From Eubacteriales bacterium (lineage in GTDB: Bacteria > Bacillota > Clostridia > Oscillospirales > CAG-272), in assembly GCA_018383975.1 (NCBI GenBank), contig JAHAZT010000041.1, positions 21,638 to 85,637 on the forward strand: 64,000 nt of DNA, given 5' to 3'. Below the pieces are notes generated by a model. The model was not told the DNA's origin. It was given only the letters and a program-made list of their open reading frames with translations, and did no database searches. This document shows, piece after piece, positions 25,095 through 33,786 of this stretch (positions within the stretch are counted from its first letter, which is position 1; each line of letters opens with the position of its first letter). Position numbers and translations under genes: made by a program.

Positions 25095-27155
25095 TCAATT
25101 TTTTCTGTTTTGCTGAATCTCCGCAAGACGTCGGAGGATGTATTTCGCGCCCTCTGCGCCGTTCGTCCCGTACGAATAGAGATGCTCGTGAAGAAGAGCG
25201 GTTATCTTTTCTCTGTATTTTTCCCCGCTCGCCATAAGCTCCTCTGCTGTCGCCTTGGTTTTGTCGAGCTCGCTCTTTTCAAGCGCGACGCCGACCTTGT
25301 CACGAAGGTATATTTCGGACGGCGTCAGCCCGATTTTCTCCCATTCGGGATTTTCCATTTTCATTTTTGTATTGACAAACAGCACGGGCTTTTTTGTCGA
25401 AAAGCAGAATTCATAAGCAATTGCAGACCAGTCCGTTATCAGCAGGTCGGAGGAATACGTCGATTTGTTTGTCGAAAAGTCCAGCTCAAAGGTGAGCTTT
25501 TCATCCGGAACTCCGGCATATTTTTCCGTCAGCAGCCTGATTTTCTCCGGATAACGCTTGACGTACTCCGGATGCGGACGGACGGTTATATGGTTTTCGT
25601 CACACATAAGCTGCTCTATCAGCGTATCGACGCAGCTGTCCAGCAGGTTGTCCTCCTGCCAAGAGGGACCTATCAGTATTTCCCGCTTTGCGTGCGGGGT
25701 TTTGTCCATATCCTCATAAGCCTTTTCCAGCTTTTCTTCAAGAGGATAACCGAATTTCACAAGCGTCTTCTCCGGAAGAGAATAAACCTCCTCCGTCTTC
25801 CGCACTTCCCTTGCGACGTGTTCTCCCGTGCAGAAGATCGTATCGAAATGGTCAAGGGCGGCTTTGCGGAAACCCATATGAACGCTCATCATATCGTGCG
25901 GAACGTAAATATATTCAATATCCTTTTTGACGAGCGAACGCTTTATATAGAAATTGTCGAGGTCGGGCGTTGTCATCGCGACTATGTCCGCCTCCATTCT
26001 CATCATAAAGGATATCAGCTTTTTCGGGCCTATATAATACGGCTTTATCGTCGGGTCGGTTTCGGCAAGACGGAACACGGCGTCGTCGGGGTCGCTCGTG
26101 ACGTAATGTATCGTCATGTTTTTGGCTCTCTTTTTCAGCTCCGTTATAAGCGCCTCGAAATATTTATAAAACCCGCTTCTTTCCGAATAGATGACAAGGT
26201 GCTTGTTTACGATTTTGAAAAATCTCTTGTAATCCGCCTTTTCTCTTTTTGCGTTTTCCTTTGATTTTTCGTCTCTTTTACCGTCGTCGAGACGTTCGAT
26301 ATCGGCAAGAGCCTTACGGCTCTCTTCAAGCCGTTTGTAATCAACGTATTTTTTCGGATTTATCACGGCGTTGAGAACATATTGCTGGATAATTGCGAAA
26401 ACGTTGCTCGCAATCCAGTAAAGCGCGACTCCCGTATATACGAAAAATCCGAGGAAGAGCGAAACGCCGACCGAAAGCACCGTCGTTCCGTACTTATTGA
26501 ATTTCCCCTGCTCTGCCTGCAAAACGTTCGTTGCGTTCATTACCCAACAGAGGAGAAGAGACGATACCCCCGCGATAACGGGAACGAGCGTATAAAATCC
26601 CCACGCCTTATACGGCTCTATGCCGAGCGAAAGCCCGATAAACGAAAGGTCGAGCGGCTTTATCTGCGAAACAACGCCGGCAAAGGCGGCGTCGGTCGAC
26701 GCTCCCGACTGTATCGTTTTGATTATTTCAAGCTGATTTTCCGCATTGATTCCGAGGCTCTCCGCAAGCGCGGCAACTGTTTCCGAACTCATATGCAGAA
26801 CGTTTGTCAGCGGCTGCTTGACTATATACAGCACCGCCGTCAGCAGCAGAAGCTGGAGCAGAAGCGGAACTACCGTCACAAACGGACTGTAACCCTTTTT
26901 CTTCTGCATTGCCGTTTCTTCCTCGGCAATTCTTTCCCTGTCGCCGTAATATTTTGCCTTTATAAAGTTTATATCCGGCTGGATCGTGACCATTTTTATA
27001 GAGTTTTTATGCACCCACACCGAAACGGGAATGAGAATTATCTTTGTGCACAGGGTGAAGAGAATTATCGCAAGGCCGTAATTTCCGCAAAGCTCCCAGC
27101 ACCATTTCATAACGTATCCGAGCGGGTAGCATATATAATGCATGACCGTATTCAT
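25095..27155 (-). CDS. fusion protein: N-terminal YidC/Oxa1-family insertase domain + C-terminal CDP-glycerol glycerophosphotransferase (TagB/TagF family) domain
   Basis: YidC hallmarks GLAIILFTLCTKIILIPV, KMVTIQPD and GVALYWIASNVFAIIQQ. C-terminal half has GPSWQED and LLITDWSAIAYEFCFSTKKPVLF, typical of Glyphos_transf. GAAGGAG RBS. Confidence 0.8.
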   Translation of the reverse strand: MNTVMHYICYPLGYVMKWCWELCGNYGLAIILFTLCTKIILIPVSVWVHKNSIKMVTIQPDINFIKAKYYGDRERIAEEETAMQKKKGYSPFVTVVPLLLQLLLLTAVLYIVKQPLTNVLHMSSETVAALAESLGINAENQLEIIKTIQSGASTDAAFAGVVSQIKPLDLSFIGLSLGIEPYKAWGFYTLVPVIAGVSSLLLCWVMNATNVLQAEQGKFNKYGTTVLSVGVSLFLGFFVYTGVALYWIASNVFAIIQQYVLNAVINPKKYVDYKRLEESRKALADIERLDDGKRDEKSKENAKREKADYKRFFKIVNKHLVIYSERSGFYKYFEALITELKKRAKNMTIHYVTSDPDDAVFRLAETDPTIKPYYIGPKKLISFMMRMEADIVAMTTPDLDNFYIKRSLVKKDIEYIYVPHDMMSVHMGFRKAALDHFDTIFCTGEHVAREVRKTEEVYSLPEKTLVKFGYPLEEKLEKAYEDMDKTPHAKREILIGPSWQEDNLLDSCVDTLIEQLMCDENHITVRPHPEYVKRYPEKIRLLTEKYAGVPDEKLTFELDFSTNKSTYSSDLLITDWSAIAYEFCFSTKKPVLFVNTKMKMENPEWEKIGLTPSEIYLRDKVGVALEKSELDKTKATAEELMASGEKYREKITALLHEHLYSYGTNGAEGAKYILRRLAEIQQNRKN

Positions 27156-27174
27156 TTATGTCTCCTTCGGGTCA

Positions 27175-28956
27175 TCAGTAGAGCGACCCTATGTTTACAT
27201 CCGAGACGATTTCCCAGTTTGAAAAATCTTTGCCCATACCCGTAACGACAAAGTCGACTATTCTTGTATCGCCCTTGTCGTAAAGCTCGAATTTATGGTG
27301 CCTCGTGACGTTTTCTCCTTTGGCTATCTCAAAATAAGTCCTGCCGTAATCGACGTCGGTTTCAATCCCCGCGGATTTTACCAGCGTAGGAATGAGATTT
27401 GCCTGACATACCTGCGCGCTTGAATAAGCGAGCGGCTCGTCACAAGCGCCGGCAGGCTTTACAAAGAGCGCGGTAAGTCTCGGCTGGGTGGGTATTTCGC
27501 CGTCGTCTCTTGCGCTCGGGTGGTCGCCCGTGATGACTATCGTTGAATTTTCATAAACGCCGAGGCGACGCATTTCATCAATATACGAATATATCATTCC
27601 GAAGCAGCCCCTCATCGCGCCCTCAAACGACCCGTCCTCAACGCGATTGCCGTTTTCGTCCATATTGTACGGCTGATGACAGCCGTTCAGATGAATAAGC
27701 GTATATGATTTTTCGCTGTCGTCAACTGTAAGTCCTCCGGAGAGAAGCTCGTACGCGCGCGGGTCGTCAACCTTGTATGCAGGCGCCTCGCCGCCGTAGC
27801 TTATGACGCTGTTAAACGACGAAGTCGATACGGAGAGCGTGCTTTTAAGCACGGTCGGAAGACTTCTGTAAACGGAAAGCTGCGCCATATTTCCGACGAG
27901 CGCCGCTCTGTCCGTCACTTCGTATTTTGAAACGCCCGAAACGTTATATACTCTGCCGTTCATCGCTCTTGCGTCTCTGTAACCGTAATAATCTCCGGTA
28001 TAGAGCTTTATGCGATATCCGTTTTTCTGCAAATCCGAGAGGAAGGGCGATGTGCCGTATGCGGTTTCAAACCACTTCTCCGGACTGCACCCGTATTCGT
28101 AATCGACGCCGGTTATCATCGTGGCAAGCCCCGGATAAGTTCTTGAATAAAGGGAAATATTGTCCTTGAAATATGTAAATCCCGTAAGCTTATCAAAGAA
28201 TTTCGGGTCTTTGCCCTTCATTTCCTGATAAAAACTTATATCAAAACGGTCAACGACGAACACAACTATGTTTTTCCCTTTGGAAACCTCGTTTATGCCC
28301 GCCTCCGTCAGATACTGTTTTATATTTTCTTCCGGCTTTTCCGGCTCCTTCGGTTTTTCGGTCGTGACAGGCGGAGCGGAGGTCTCCGTTGTCTGCGGAT
28401 TTTCCGTCGTCTGCGGAGCCTCCGTTTTTCCCGTCTGAGTATCCGTTATCTTCGGTATGCTTGATACGCACCCGACAGCCTGCATTCCGACAATCATAAT
28501 GAGCAGAACGACCGACACCGTCTTTATCATATCAAATTTTTTCATTTTAATCGCTCCTATTACACACAGCACCGCCGCGATAATCCACAGCGCGGTATCC
28601 AATATCAGAAACCAGGGCTTGACCTTCGTTCCGACGTCGTCTCCGGCAAGCGACCCCATGCCGACGTTCAGAAAAATTGCCTGAATGTAGCCCATAAGCG
28701 CAATCCAGAAAAATATTCCGAAAAGCACCCTGTAAGCCGTGCCGTTTACAAGAAGAAGAACAAGTGTTATCACAAGCGAAACGGCAAGCGCAATCAGTGC
28801 GAGCTGCCAACCGAAATCGGAAAACGAAAAGAGCATTTCCTTTCTGTTTCCCGCAAACACTTCAACCGCTCCGAAAAAGAGCCATGTAAAACCGACCGCC
28901 GCTCCGCAAAGGGACGCGGGTAGTATTTTCTGTTTTATATCTTTTATGTCAATCAC
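27175..28956 (-). CDS. LTA synthase family / sulfatase-like phosphoglycerol transferase (alkaline-phosphatase superfamily)
   Basis: Five N-terminal TMs, a Thr/Pro/Glu linker, and an extracellular domain with VVFVVDRFD, SRTYPG (putative Thr nucleophile) and VITGDHP. GTG start. Confidence 0.8.
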   Translation of the reverse strand: MIDIKDIKQKILPASLCGAAVGFTWLFFGAVEVFAGNRKEMLFSFSDFGWQLALIALAVSLVITLVLLLVNGTAYRVLFGIFFWIALMGYIQAIFLNVGMGSLAGDDVGTKVKPWFLILDTALWIIAAVLCVIGAIKMKKFDMIKTVSVVLLIMIVGMQAVGCVSSIPKITDTQTGKTEAPQTTENPQTTETSAPPVTTEKPKEPEKPEENIKQYLTEAGINEVSKGKNIVVFVVDRFDISFYQEMKGKDPKFFDKLTGFTYFKDNISLYSRTYPGLATMITGVDYEYGCSPEKWFETAYGTSPFLSDLQKNGYRIKLYTGDYYGYRDARAMNGRVYNVSGVSKYEVTDRAALVGNMAQLSVYRSLPTVLKSTLSVSTSSFNSVISYGGEAPAYKVDDPRAYELLSGGLTVDDSEKSYTLIHLNGCHQPYNMDENGNRVEDGSFEGAMRGCFGMIYSYIDEMRRLGVYENSTIVITGDHPSARDDGEIPTQPRLTALFVKPAGACDEPLAYSSAQVCQANLIPTLVKSAGIETDVDYGRTYFEIAKGENVTRHHKFELYDKGDTRIVDFVVTGMGKDFSNWEIVSDVNIGSLY

Positions 28957-29231
28957 CTCTTTCTACGAGTTACAGTTTATCATTTATATATATCATTGTC
29001 AACCCGAAACGGACTTTTTCGGCAATTTGCACTTTTTTGAACACCTTTTTTCTACGTCCGACGAAGAGACGCCCGTGCGATAAAACATTCTTTTCGTTTA
29101 GTCGTTCCGGAACGCGGTTTTTCTCATATGAAGGCGCATTTTTTATCAAAATCAGCCGACGCCGGATGTAACCCGAAGCGCCCCTTGCGCATACTATTTA
29201 AGTGCGGGGATTTTTCGGGGAGGTGCGGCTT

Positions 29232-30146
29232 ATGGATATGGATTTCCGCTCTGCGGCTCCGTCGCGGAAAATCCGCGATTACTGCTTTTCGATAGCGGAG
29301 AAGTTTCCCTCCGTTTCGCTTTTCACAATAGGCTGTTCGCTTTCCGGTCAACCCATAGATTGCATGAGCATAGGAGCGGGAGAGATCTGTCATATCGTCG
29401 TCGGCGCACATCACGCATCGGAGCATATAACCGCCCTCATCTGCGTGAAATTCGTTTGCGACCTTGCAAAAGCCGTGCGCGACGGAATGTTCCTTGTCGG
29501 CTTTGACGCAAAGCAGATATTTTCAAGACGAAAAATTTTCGTCGTCCCCGTGATAAATCCGGACGGAACGGACATTCAGCAAGGAGTTTTCCCATGCGGG
29601 CATATTCTCTTTCCGCGGCTTGTATCAATGAACCCGTCGGGACGGGATTTTACGCACTGGCAGGCAAATGCGCGCGGCGTCGACTTGAATCACAATTATG
29701 ACGCAGGCTTTGCCGATTGTCGGCTGCTTGAAAGAAACGCCGGAATATATTCGGGAGGACCTTCGCGCTTCGGCGGACAGTATCCCGAAAGCGAACCGGA
29801 AACGCATGCGCTCTGCAATCTGACGCGTTTTCTTGCGCCGCAGCTCAAAACAGCTGTCGCGCTGCACACGCAGGGGGAGGAGATTTATTATGACTACCTC
29901 GGCGACTGTCCGCGCGGATCGCTTATGCTCGCCGAATGTTTTTCGCGCGTTTCGGGATATACCGTTTCAAAGCCGAGCGGTATCGCGTCATACGGCGGAT
30001 ATAAGGACTGGGTGATATCAAAGCTCGGAATTCCCGCCTTCACAATAGAATGCGGCAAGGGAGAAAACCCCTTGCCGCCGAGCGATTTTGATAATATTTA
30101 CAAAAAAGTCCTGCCCATTCTGCTCACCGCCGCCGCTTTCGGATAA
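29232..30146 (+). CDS. M14 family zinc carboxypeptidase (gamma-D-glutamyl-meso-diaminopimelate peptidase-like)
   Basis: GAHHASEHIT (HxxE Zn site), VDLNHNY and ALHTQGEEIYY. ATG 29232 lies 6 nt after GGGGAGGTG. Confidence 0.8.
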   Translation: MDMDFRSAAPSRKIRDYCFSIAEKFPSVSLFTIGCSLSGQPIDCMSIGAGEICHIVVGAHHASEHITALICVKFVCDLAKAVRDGMFLVGFDAKQIFSRRKIFVVPVINPDGTDIQQGVFPCGHILFPRLVSMNPSGRDFTHWQANARGVDLNHNYDAGFADCRLLERNAGIYSGGPSRFGGQYPESEPETHALCNLTRFLAPQLKTAVALHTQGEEIYYDYLGDCPRGSLMLAECFSRVSGYTVSKPSGIASYGGYKDWVISKLGIPAFTIECGKGENPLPPSDFDNIYKKVLPILLTAAAFG

Positions 30147-30192
30147 AAAACTCTTGCAATAGCGGATCAAAATGTTATAATAGATACAGAGG

Positions 30193-30450
30193 TCAGATAC
30201 CGAGATATTTTCTCACCATTGTGTTGAGAAGCTCGTCGCGGTCTATCTTGCGGATAAGCGCGCGGGCGTTTCTGTAACTCGTTATATACGTCGGGTCCTC
30301 GGAGAGCAAATATCCGACTATCTGATTTATCGGGTTGTAGCCTTTTTCAAGAAGAGCCTCGTAAACCGTTGTGAGTATGCGCTTTATATCTTCCTCGCTC
30401 TGCGCTCCAACGGAAAAGGTCATTGTTCTGTCTATATCGCTTACGCTCAT
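30193..30450 (-). CDS. ireB: IreB family regulatory phosphoprotein (UPF0297)
   Basis: [38 protein letters not shown] is the conserved IreB core. Confidence 0.9.
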   Translation of the reverse strand: MSVSDIDRTMTFSVGAQSEEDIKRILTTVYEALLEKGYNPINQIVGYLLSEDPTYITSYRNARALIRKIDRDELLNTMVRKYLGI

Positions 30451-30576
30451 TGACTTATCCTCGCTTTTTGTTTTTGTCTTTATTATATTCTACAACAATT
30501 CAATTCATTTTTCAACATTTTTTCGCACTTTAACGGCAGAAAGCCGTAAATAATTTATAAAAAGGACGTGTAACTT

Positions 30577-31149
30577 ATGGAAATCAAACGCAAATCAATG
30601 TCAGACGAGCAGCTTTCCGCCCGTGAAAACGAGCTTATCGCGGAGGTAAACGCCGTCTGCGACGGCTATCGTGACCGTTTTTCCTTCCTCGGCTACGAGC
30701 TTAACGTTGAAATCGACGAAAAGAAAGCCGATGATTACGAATTCTCTCCCCGCAAGGACGGAGAGGAACACAAGCCCGAATACGTTTCCGGCTATGCATG
30801 CCGCGCGACCGTAACGGTCAGACGTCCGAAGAGCGACGACGAAATGAAGCAGGACGCAGAACTTGAAGAAGAGCTTTCCGCGGCGGAAAAGGAATACTCC
30901 GAAAAGGTTGACGAGGGCGGAGAATGCGGTATAGACGAGCAGCTCGCCGAGCAGGAAAGAGCCGACGCCATCCTTGCCGACGCAGAGGACAAGCTCAATC
31001 GCAGCGTTGCGTATACCCAGCTTATGCTTATAAGAATATACAAGGCGTTCTGGATTGAAAAGGTCAGCATTTGCGAAAACACCGACGAGCTTAAAAACGA
31101 CCTTGACGAATTCTATAACAAGCTCGCCAAAGGAGAAACCGAGGAATAA
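30577..31149 (+). CDS. acidic hypothetical protein
   Basis: A 190-aa ORF with an RBS (aaagga). Glu/Asp-rich coiled-coil-like middle. No family recognised. Confidence 0.55.
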   Translation: MEIKRKSMSDEQLSARENELIAEVNAVCDGYRDRFSFLGYELNVEIDEKKADDYEFSPRKDGEEHKPEYVSGYACRATVTVRRPKSDDEMKQDAELEEELSAAEKEYSEKVDEGGECGIDEQLAEQERADAILADAEDKLNRSVAYTQLMLIRIYKAFWIEKVSICENTDELKNDLDEFYNKLAKGETEE

Positions 31150-31199
31150 CCTTCTTTTCTTCGAGAAGAAAAGAAGGCAAAAGAAGCTTCAGTTATCGG
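31150..31199 (-). repeat. perfect 12-bp-stem palindrome plus inverted copy of the 'ccgataa' module
   Basis: ccttcttttctt-cgag-aagaaaagaagg directly after the stop. The reverse complement ccgataactgaagcttcttttgccttcttttcttc matches 5384-5421. Confidence 0.8.
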
Positions 31200-31248
31200 T
31201 GACGATATGCAGATTTTTAATATAGCCTTCTCCAGTAGGGATTTGCGA

Positions 31249-31281
31249 GTGTGCGAAGCACACTTGCAGGCGTCGCCGAGA
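31249..31281 (+). repeat. 33-nt conserved block, copy B
   Basis: gtgtgcgaagcacacttgcaggcgtcgccgaga, 32/33 identical to 5196-5228. Confidence 0.85.
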
Positions 31282-31307
31282 CGGGGTCGGAAACCGCGGA
31301 GCGGTTC

Positions 31308-31373
31308 GTTTCTCTTCGATCTTCTCTCCTCTCTTTTATCTCAAAAAAAATCCCCGCCGGAGCGGGGATTTTT
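31308..31373 (+). repeat. dispersed intergenic repeat copy 2 (pyrimidine-rich tract + terminator)
   Basis: tttctcttcgatcttctctcctctcttttatctcaaaaaaaatccccgccggagcggggattttt. The outer stem pair changes from g-c to t-a relative to the other copies (compensatory). Confidence 0.9.
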
Positions 31374-31380
31374 ATTGCTT

Positions 31381-32238
31381 TTATACTCCCGAATAAGCGG
31401 CAAATCCGCCGTCAATCGGAACGACAACGCCGTTTACAAAGCCCGATGCGCCGTTATCGCAGAGCCAGAGGAGAGTGCCTGTCAGGTCGTCGACCTCGCC
31501 GAACCTGCCCATGGGCGTATGTGCGAGAATTTTCTCGCTTCTCGGAGTCAGCGAGCCGTCGGCGTTCATAAGCATACCGCGGTTCTGATTTGTAACAAAA
31601 AATCCGGGGGCGATCGCGTTGACTCTTATGCCGACCTTCGAGAAATGTACGGCAAGCCACTGCGTAAAGTTCGATACAGCCGCCTTTGCGCCGGAATACG
31701 CGGGGATTTTCGTCAGCGGACGGAAGCTGTTCATCGACGAAACGTTAAGTATCACAGAGCCTGCCTTTTTCGCCATATCGCGCGCAAAGACCTGTGTGGG
31801 AAGAAGCGTTCCGAGGAAGTTGAGATTGAAAACGAATTCAACGCCCTTGGGGTCGAGGTCAAAGAAAGTAACAAGGTCTTCTCCGCCGTCGATATCCTCC
31901 GGAAAGAGATATTCTTTTGTCGTTGTGCCCTTGGGGTTGTTGCCGCCCGCACCGTTGAGAAGTATATCGCATGTGCCGAGCTCCGCATTGATTTTTTCTC
32001 TTGCCGCCATAAGGCTCTCTTTGTCAAGCACGTTTGCTTCAACGGCGATTGCCTTACCGCCGTCCGCGTTTATTCTGTCCGCAACTGCCTGTGCGGGTTC
32101 AAGACGGAGGTCACATACAGCAACCTTTGCGCCGCAAGCCGCAAGTGCTTCCGCAAAGCCGGAGCAAAGCACACCGCCGCCGCCCGTCACAACGGCGACC
32201 TTTCCCGCAAGGTCAATTCTGAAAGGAAGTTTAACCAT
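31381..32238 (-). CDS. SDR family oxidoreductase
   Basis: VVTGGGGVLCSG Rossmann motif, NGAG, and S..Y(SGAK) catalytic residues. ATG 32238 is preferred (AAAGGAG 9 nt upstream) over TTG 32244. Confidence 0.85.
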   Translation of the reverse strand: MVKLPFRIDLAGKVAVVTGGGGVLCSGFAEALAACGAKVAVCDLRLEPAQAVADRINADGGKAIAVEANVLDKESLMAAREKINAELGTCDILLNGAGGNNPKGTTTKEYLFPEDIDGGEDLVTFFDLDPKGVEFVFNLNFLGTLLPTQVFARDMAKKAGSVILNVSSMNSFRPLTKIPAYSGAKAAVSNFTQWLAVHFSKVGIRVNAIAPGFFVTNQNRGMLMNADGSLTPRSEKILAHTPMGRFGEVDDLTGTLLWLCDNGASGFVNGVVVPIDGGFAAYSGV

Positions 32239-32257
32239 TTTCAATTTCTCCTTTATC

Positions 32258-32911
32258 TCATTTGATTTTCTTTATCGTATCGTAAATATCGCACGGGCGG
32301 TCGACTGTTATATCCGCGCCCGAGGCGATAAGTATTTCTTTTTCGCGATAACCCCATGTTGCCCCGACGGCAACCATTTCCGCATTCTTTGCGGTTTTCA
32401 TATCGACATCCGAATCGCCGACAAAAGCGCACTCCGACGGACTTGCGCCGAATTTTTCCGCAAGGTAAAGCGCGCCCTCCGGACTCGGCTTTCCGGGAAA
32501 TCTTCCCGTGCCGAGAATCTCCTCAAAAACCTCGCTGCCGTACAGCTTTTTGACAATGTCGTTTGCGTGGTCGTTATCCTTGTTTGTGAACACCGCAAGC
32601 GGGAGCCCGTCCGCGCGGAGCTTTGAAAGCGTCTCCGCCATACCGTCATACGCTGTTGTGTTGTGAAGATAGCACTGACTGTACTCGTTCAGATATATCT
32701 CTTTCGCCTTGCCGTAATATTCGTCGCTCTGCCCTTCCGGAAAGGAATTGCGTATGAACTGATCCGTCGTGCCGTTTATAAACGAAAGAAGGTGCTTTCT
32801 CGTCACAGGGGGAAGCCCGTATCTCGCTCTTGCGCGATTCATTCCTTCTGTAAGATCCGGAAGTGTGTATGCAAGCGTGCCGTCCAGATCGAAAATAACA
32901 GCTTTTATCAT
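32258..32911 (-). CDS. HAD family hydrolase (phosphoglycolate phosphatase-like)
   Basis: FDLDGTL motif I, TNK motif II and GDSDVD motif IV. AGGAGG RBS. Confidence 0.85.
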   Translation of the reverse strand: MIKAVIFDLDGTLAYTLPDLTEGMNRARARYGLPPVTRKHLLSFINGTTDQFIRNSFPEGQSDEYYGKAKEIYLNEYSQCYLHNTTAYDGMAETLSKLRADGLPLAVFTNKDNDHANDIVKKLYGSEVFEEILGTGRFPGKPSPEGALYLAEKFGASPSECAFVGDSDVDMKTAKNAEMVAVGATWGYREKEILIASGADITVDRPCDIYDTIKKIK

Positions 32912-32993
32912 AATTCTGCCTCCTGCGACAATCGCTTTAATGATTTTATCAGCATTTGAGGCATTTGTCCATAGTTTTCTTCATTTTTTTGCG

Positions 32994-33022
32994 TTGACTT
33001 TATATATTTACTGTGTTAAAAT
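32994..33022 (+). promoter_or_regulatory. sigma-A-type promoter upstream of the PPTase gene
   Basis: TTGACT, 17 nt spacer, TAAAAT, preceded by a TGt extended -10. Confidence 0.5.
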
Positions 33023-33107
33023 GTTCTTTGTGTATCAATAGGCGGCGCAAGCCGCAAAAAAGAACGGACGGAGGACAGCGCGCTTTTTTGCGTGTCGAAA
33101 GATAAAA

Positions 33108-33770
33108 ATGAGTTTTGTAAAGGTTTTTTATGCGGACGTCTCCGCTTATTATGACGAAAACGCTCTCGCCGAAAGGAAGGCGGAGGTATCTGCCGATCGG
33201 CAGAGCCGTATCGACCGCGCAAAACGTCCGGAAACGAAAGCTCTTCTCCTCGGCTCCGGACTGATCGTCCCCGTCGCGCTGAAAAAGGTTTTCGGCGATT
33301 TTGATTATGAAATCAAGGTAACGGAAATGGGCAAGCCCTACGTTTCAAATCGCGACGGCGTGTTTTTCAGCGTGTCGCATACGGGAAAATACGTGCTCTG
33401 TGCCGTTTCGGATACCGAAGTCGGCGCCGACCTTGAGGAAATTGCCGAGGCACAGACCGTTATGCCCATTGCGGACAGATTTTTCACTCCGCTCGAACGT
33501 GACGCAATCAGCCTCAGCCCGTCGCCCGCAGAAGCCTTCTGCCGACTGTGGACGCTGCGCGAAAGCTACGTAAAAATGACGGGAAAAGGCTTTGACCGCG
33601 GTCTTGCGCCGCTTGCCATGGTGTTTCCCTCCGGCACGCCGAAGATAAAAGTCGACGGAAAAATCCTTGAAAACGTATTCTTCACGGAAATCCGCGACGT
33701 TTATATGTGTCGCGGCGCAGTATGCACGGAAAAGGAAGCCGGATATTCCATTGAAAAAATAACTCTCTGA
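33108..33770 (+). CDS. 4'-phosphopantetheinyl transferase (Sfp type)
   Basis: FFSVSHTGKYVLCAVS..VGADLE and FCRLWTLRESYVKMTGKG motifs. Confidence 0.85.
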   Translation: MSFVKVFYADVSAYYDENALAERKAEVSADRQSRIDRAKRPETKALLLGSGLIVPVALKKVFGDFDYEIKVTEMGKPYVSNRDGVFFSVSHTGKYVLCAVSDTEVGADLEEIAEAQTVMPIADRFFTPLERDAISLSPSPAEAFCRLWTLRESYVKMTGKGFDRGLAPLAMVFPSGTPKIKVDGKILENVFFTEIRDVYMCRGAVCTEKEAGYSIEKITL

Positions 33771-33786
33771 AAAAGGTGACGGGTTT

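Noticed and set aside
25044-27245. Long plus-strand ORFs (25044-26264, 406 aa; 26382-27245, 287 aa)
   Set aside because: They are antisense to the YidC-TagF fusion gene, which has strong family motifs and an RBS. Their composition is dominated by R, F, L and C, and no RBS is visible.
31207-32626. Plus-strand ORFs of 352 and 335 aa over the SDR/HAD genes
   Set aside because: They are shadows of two well-supported minus-strand genes, and their 5' parts run through the intergenic repeats.
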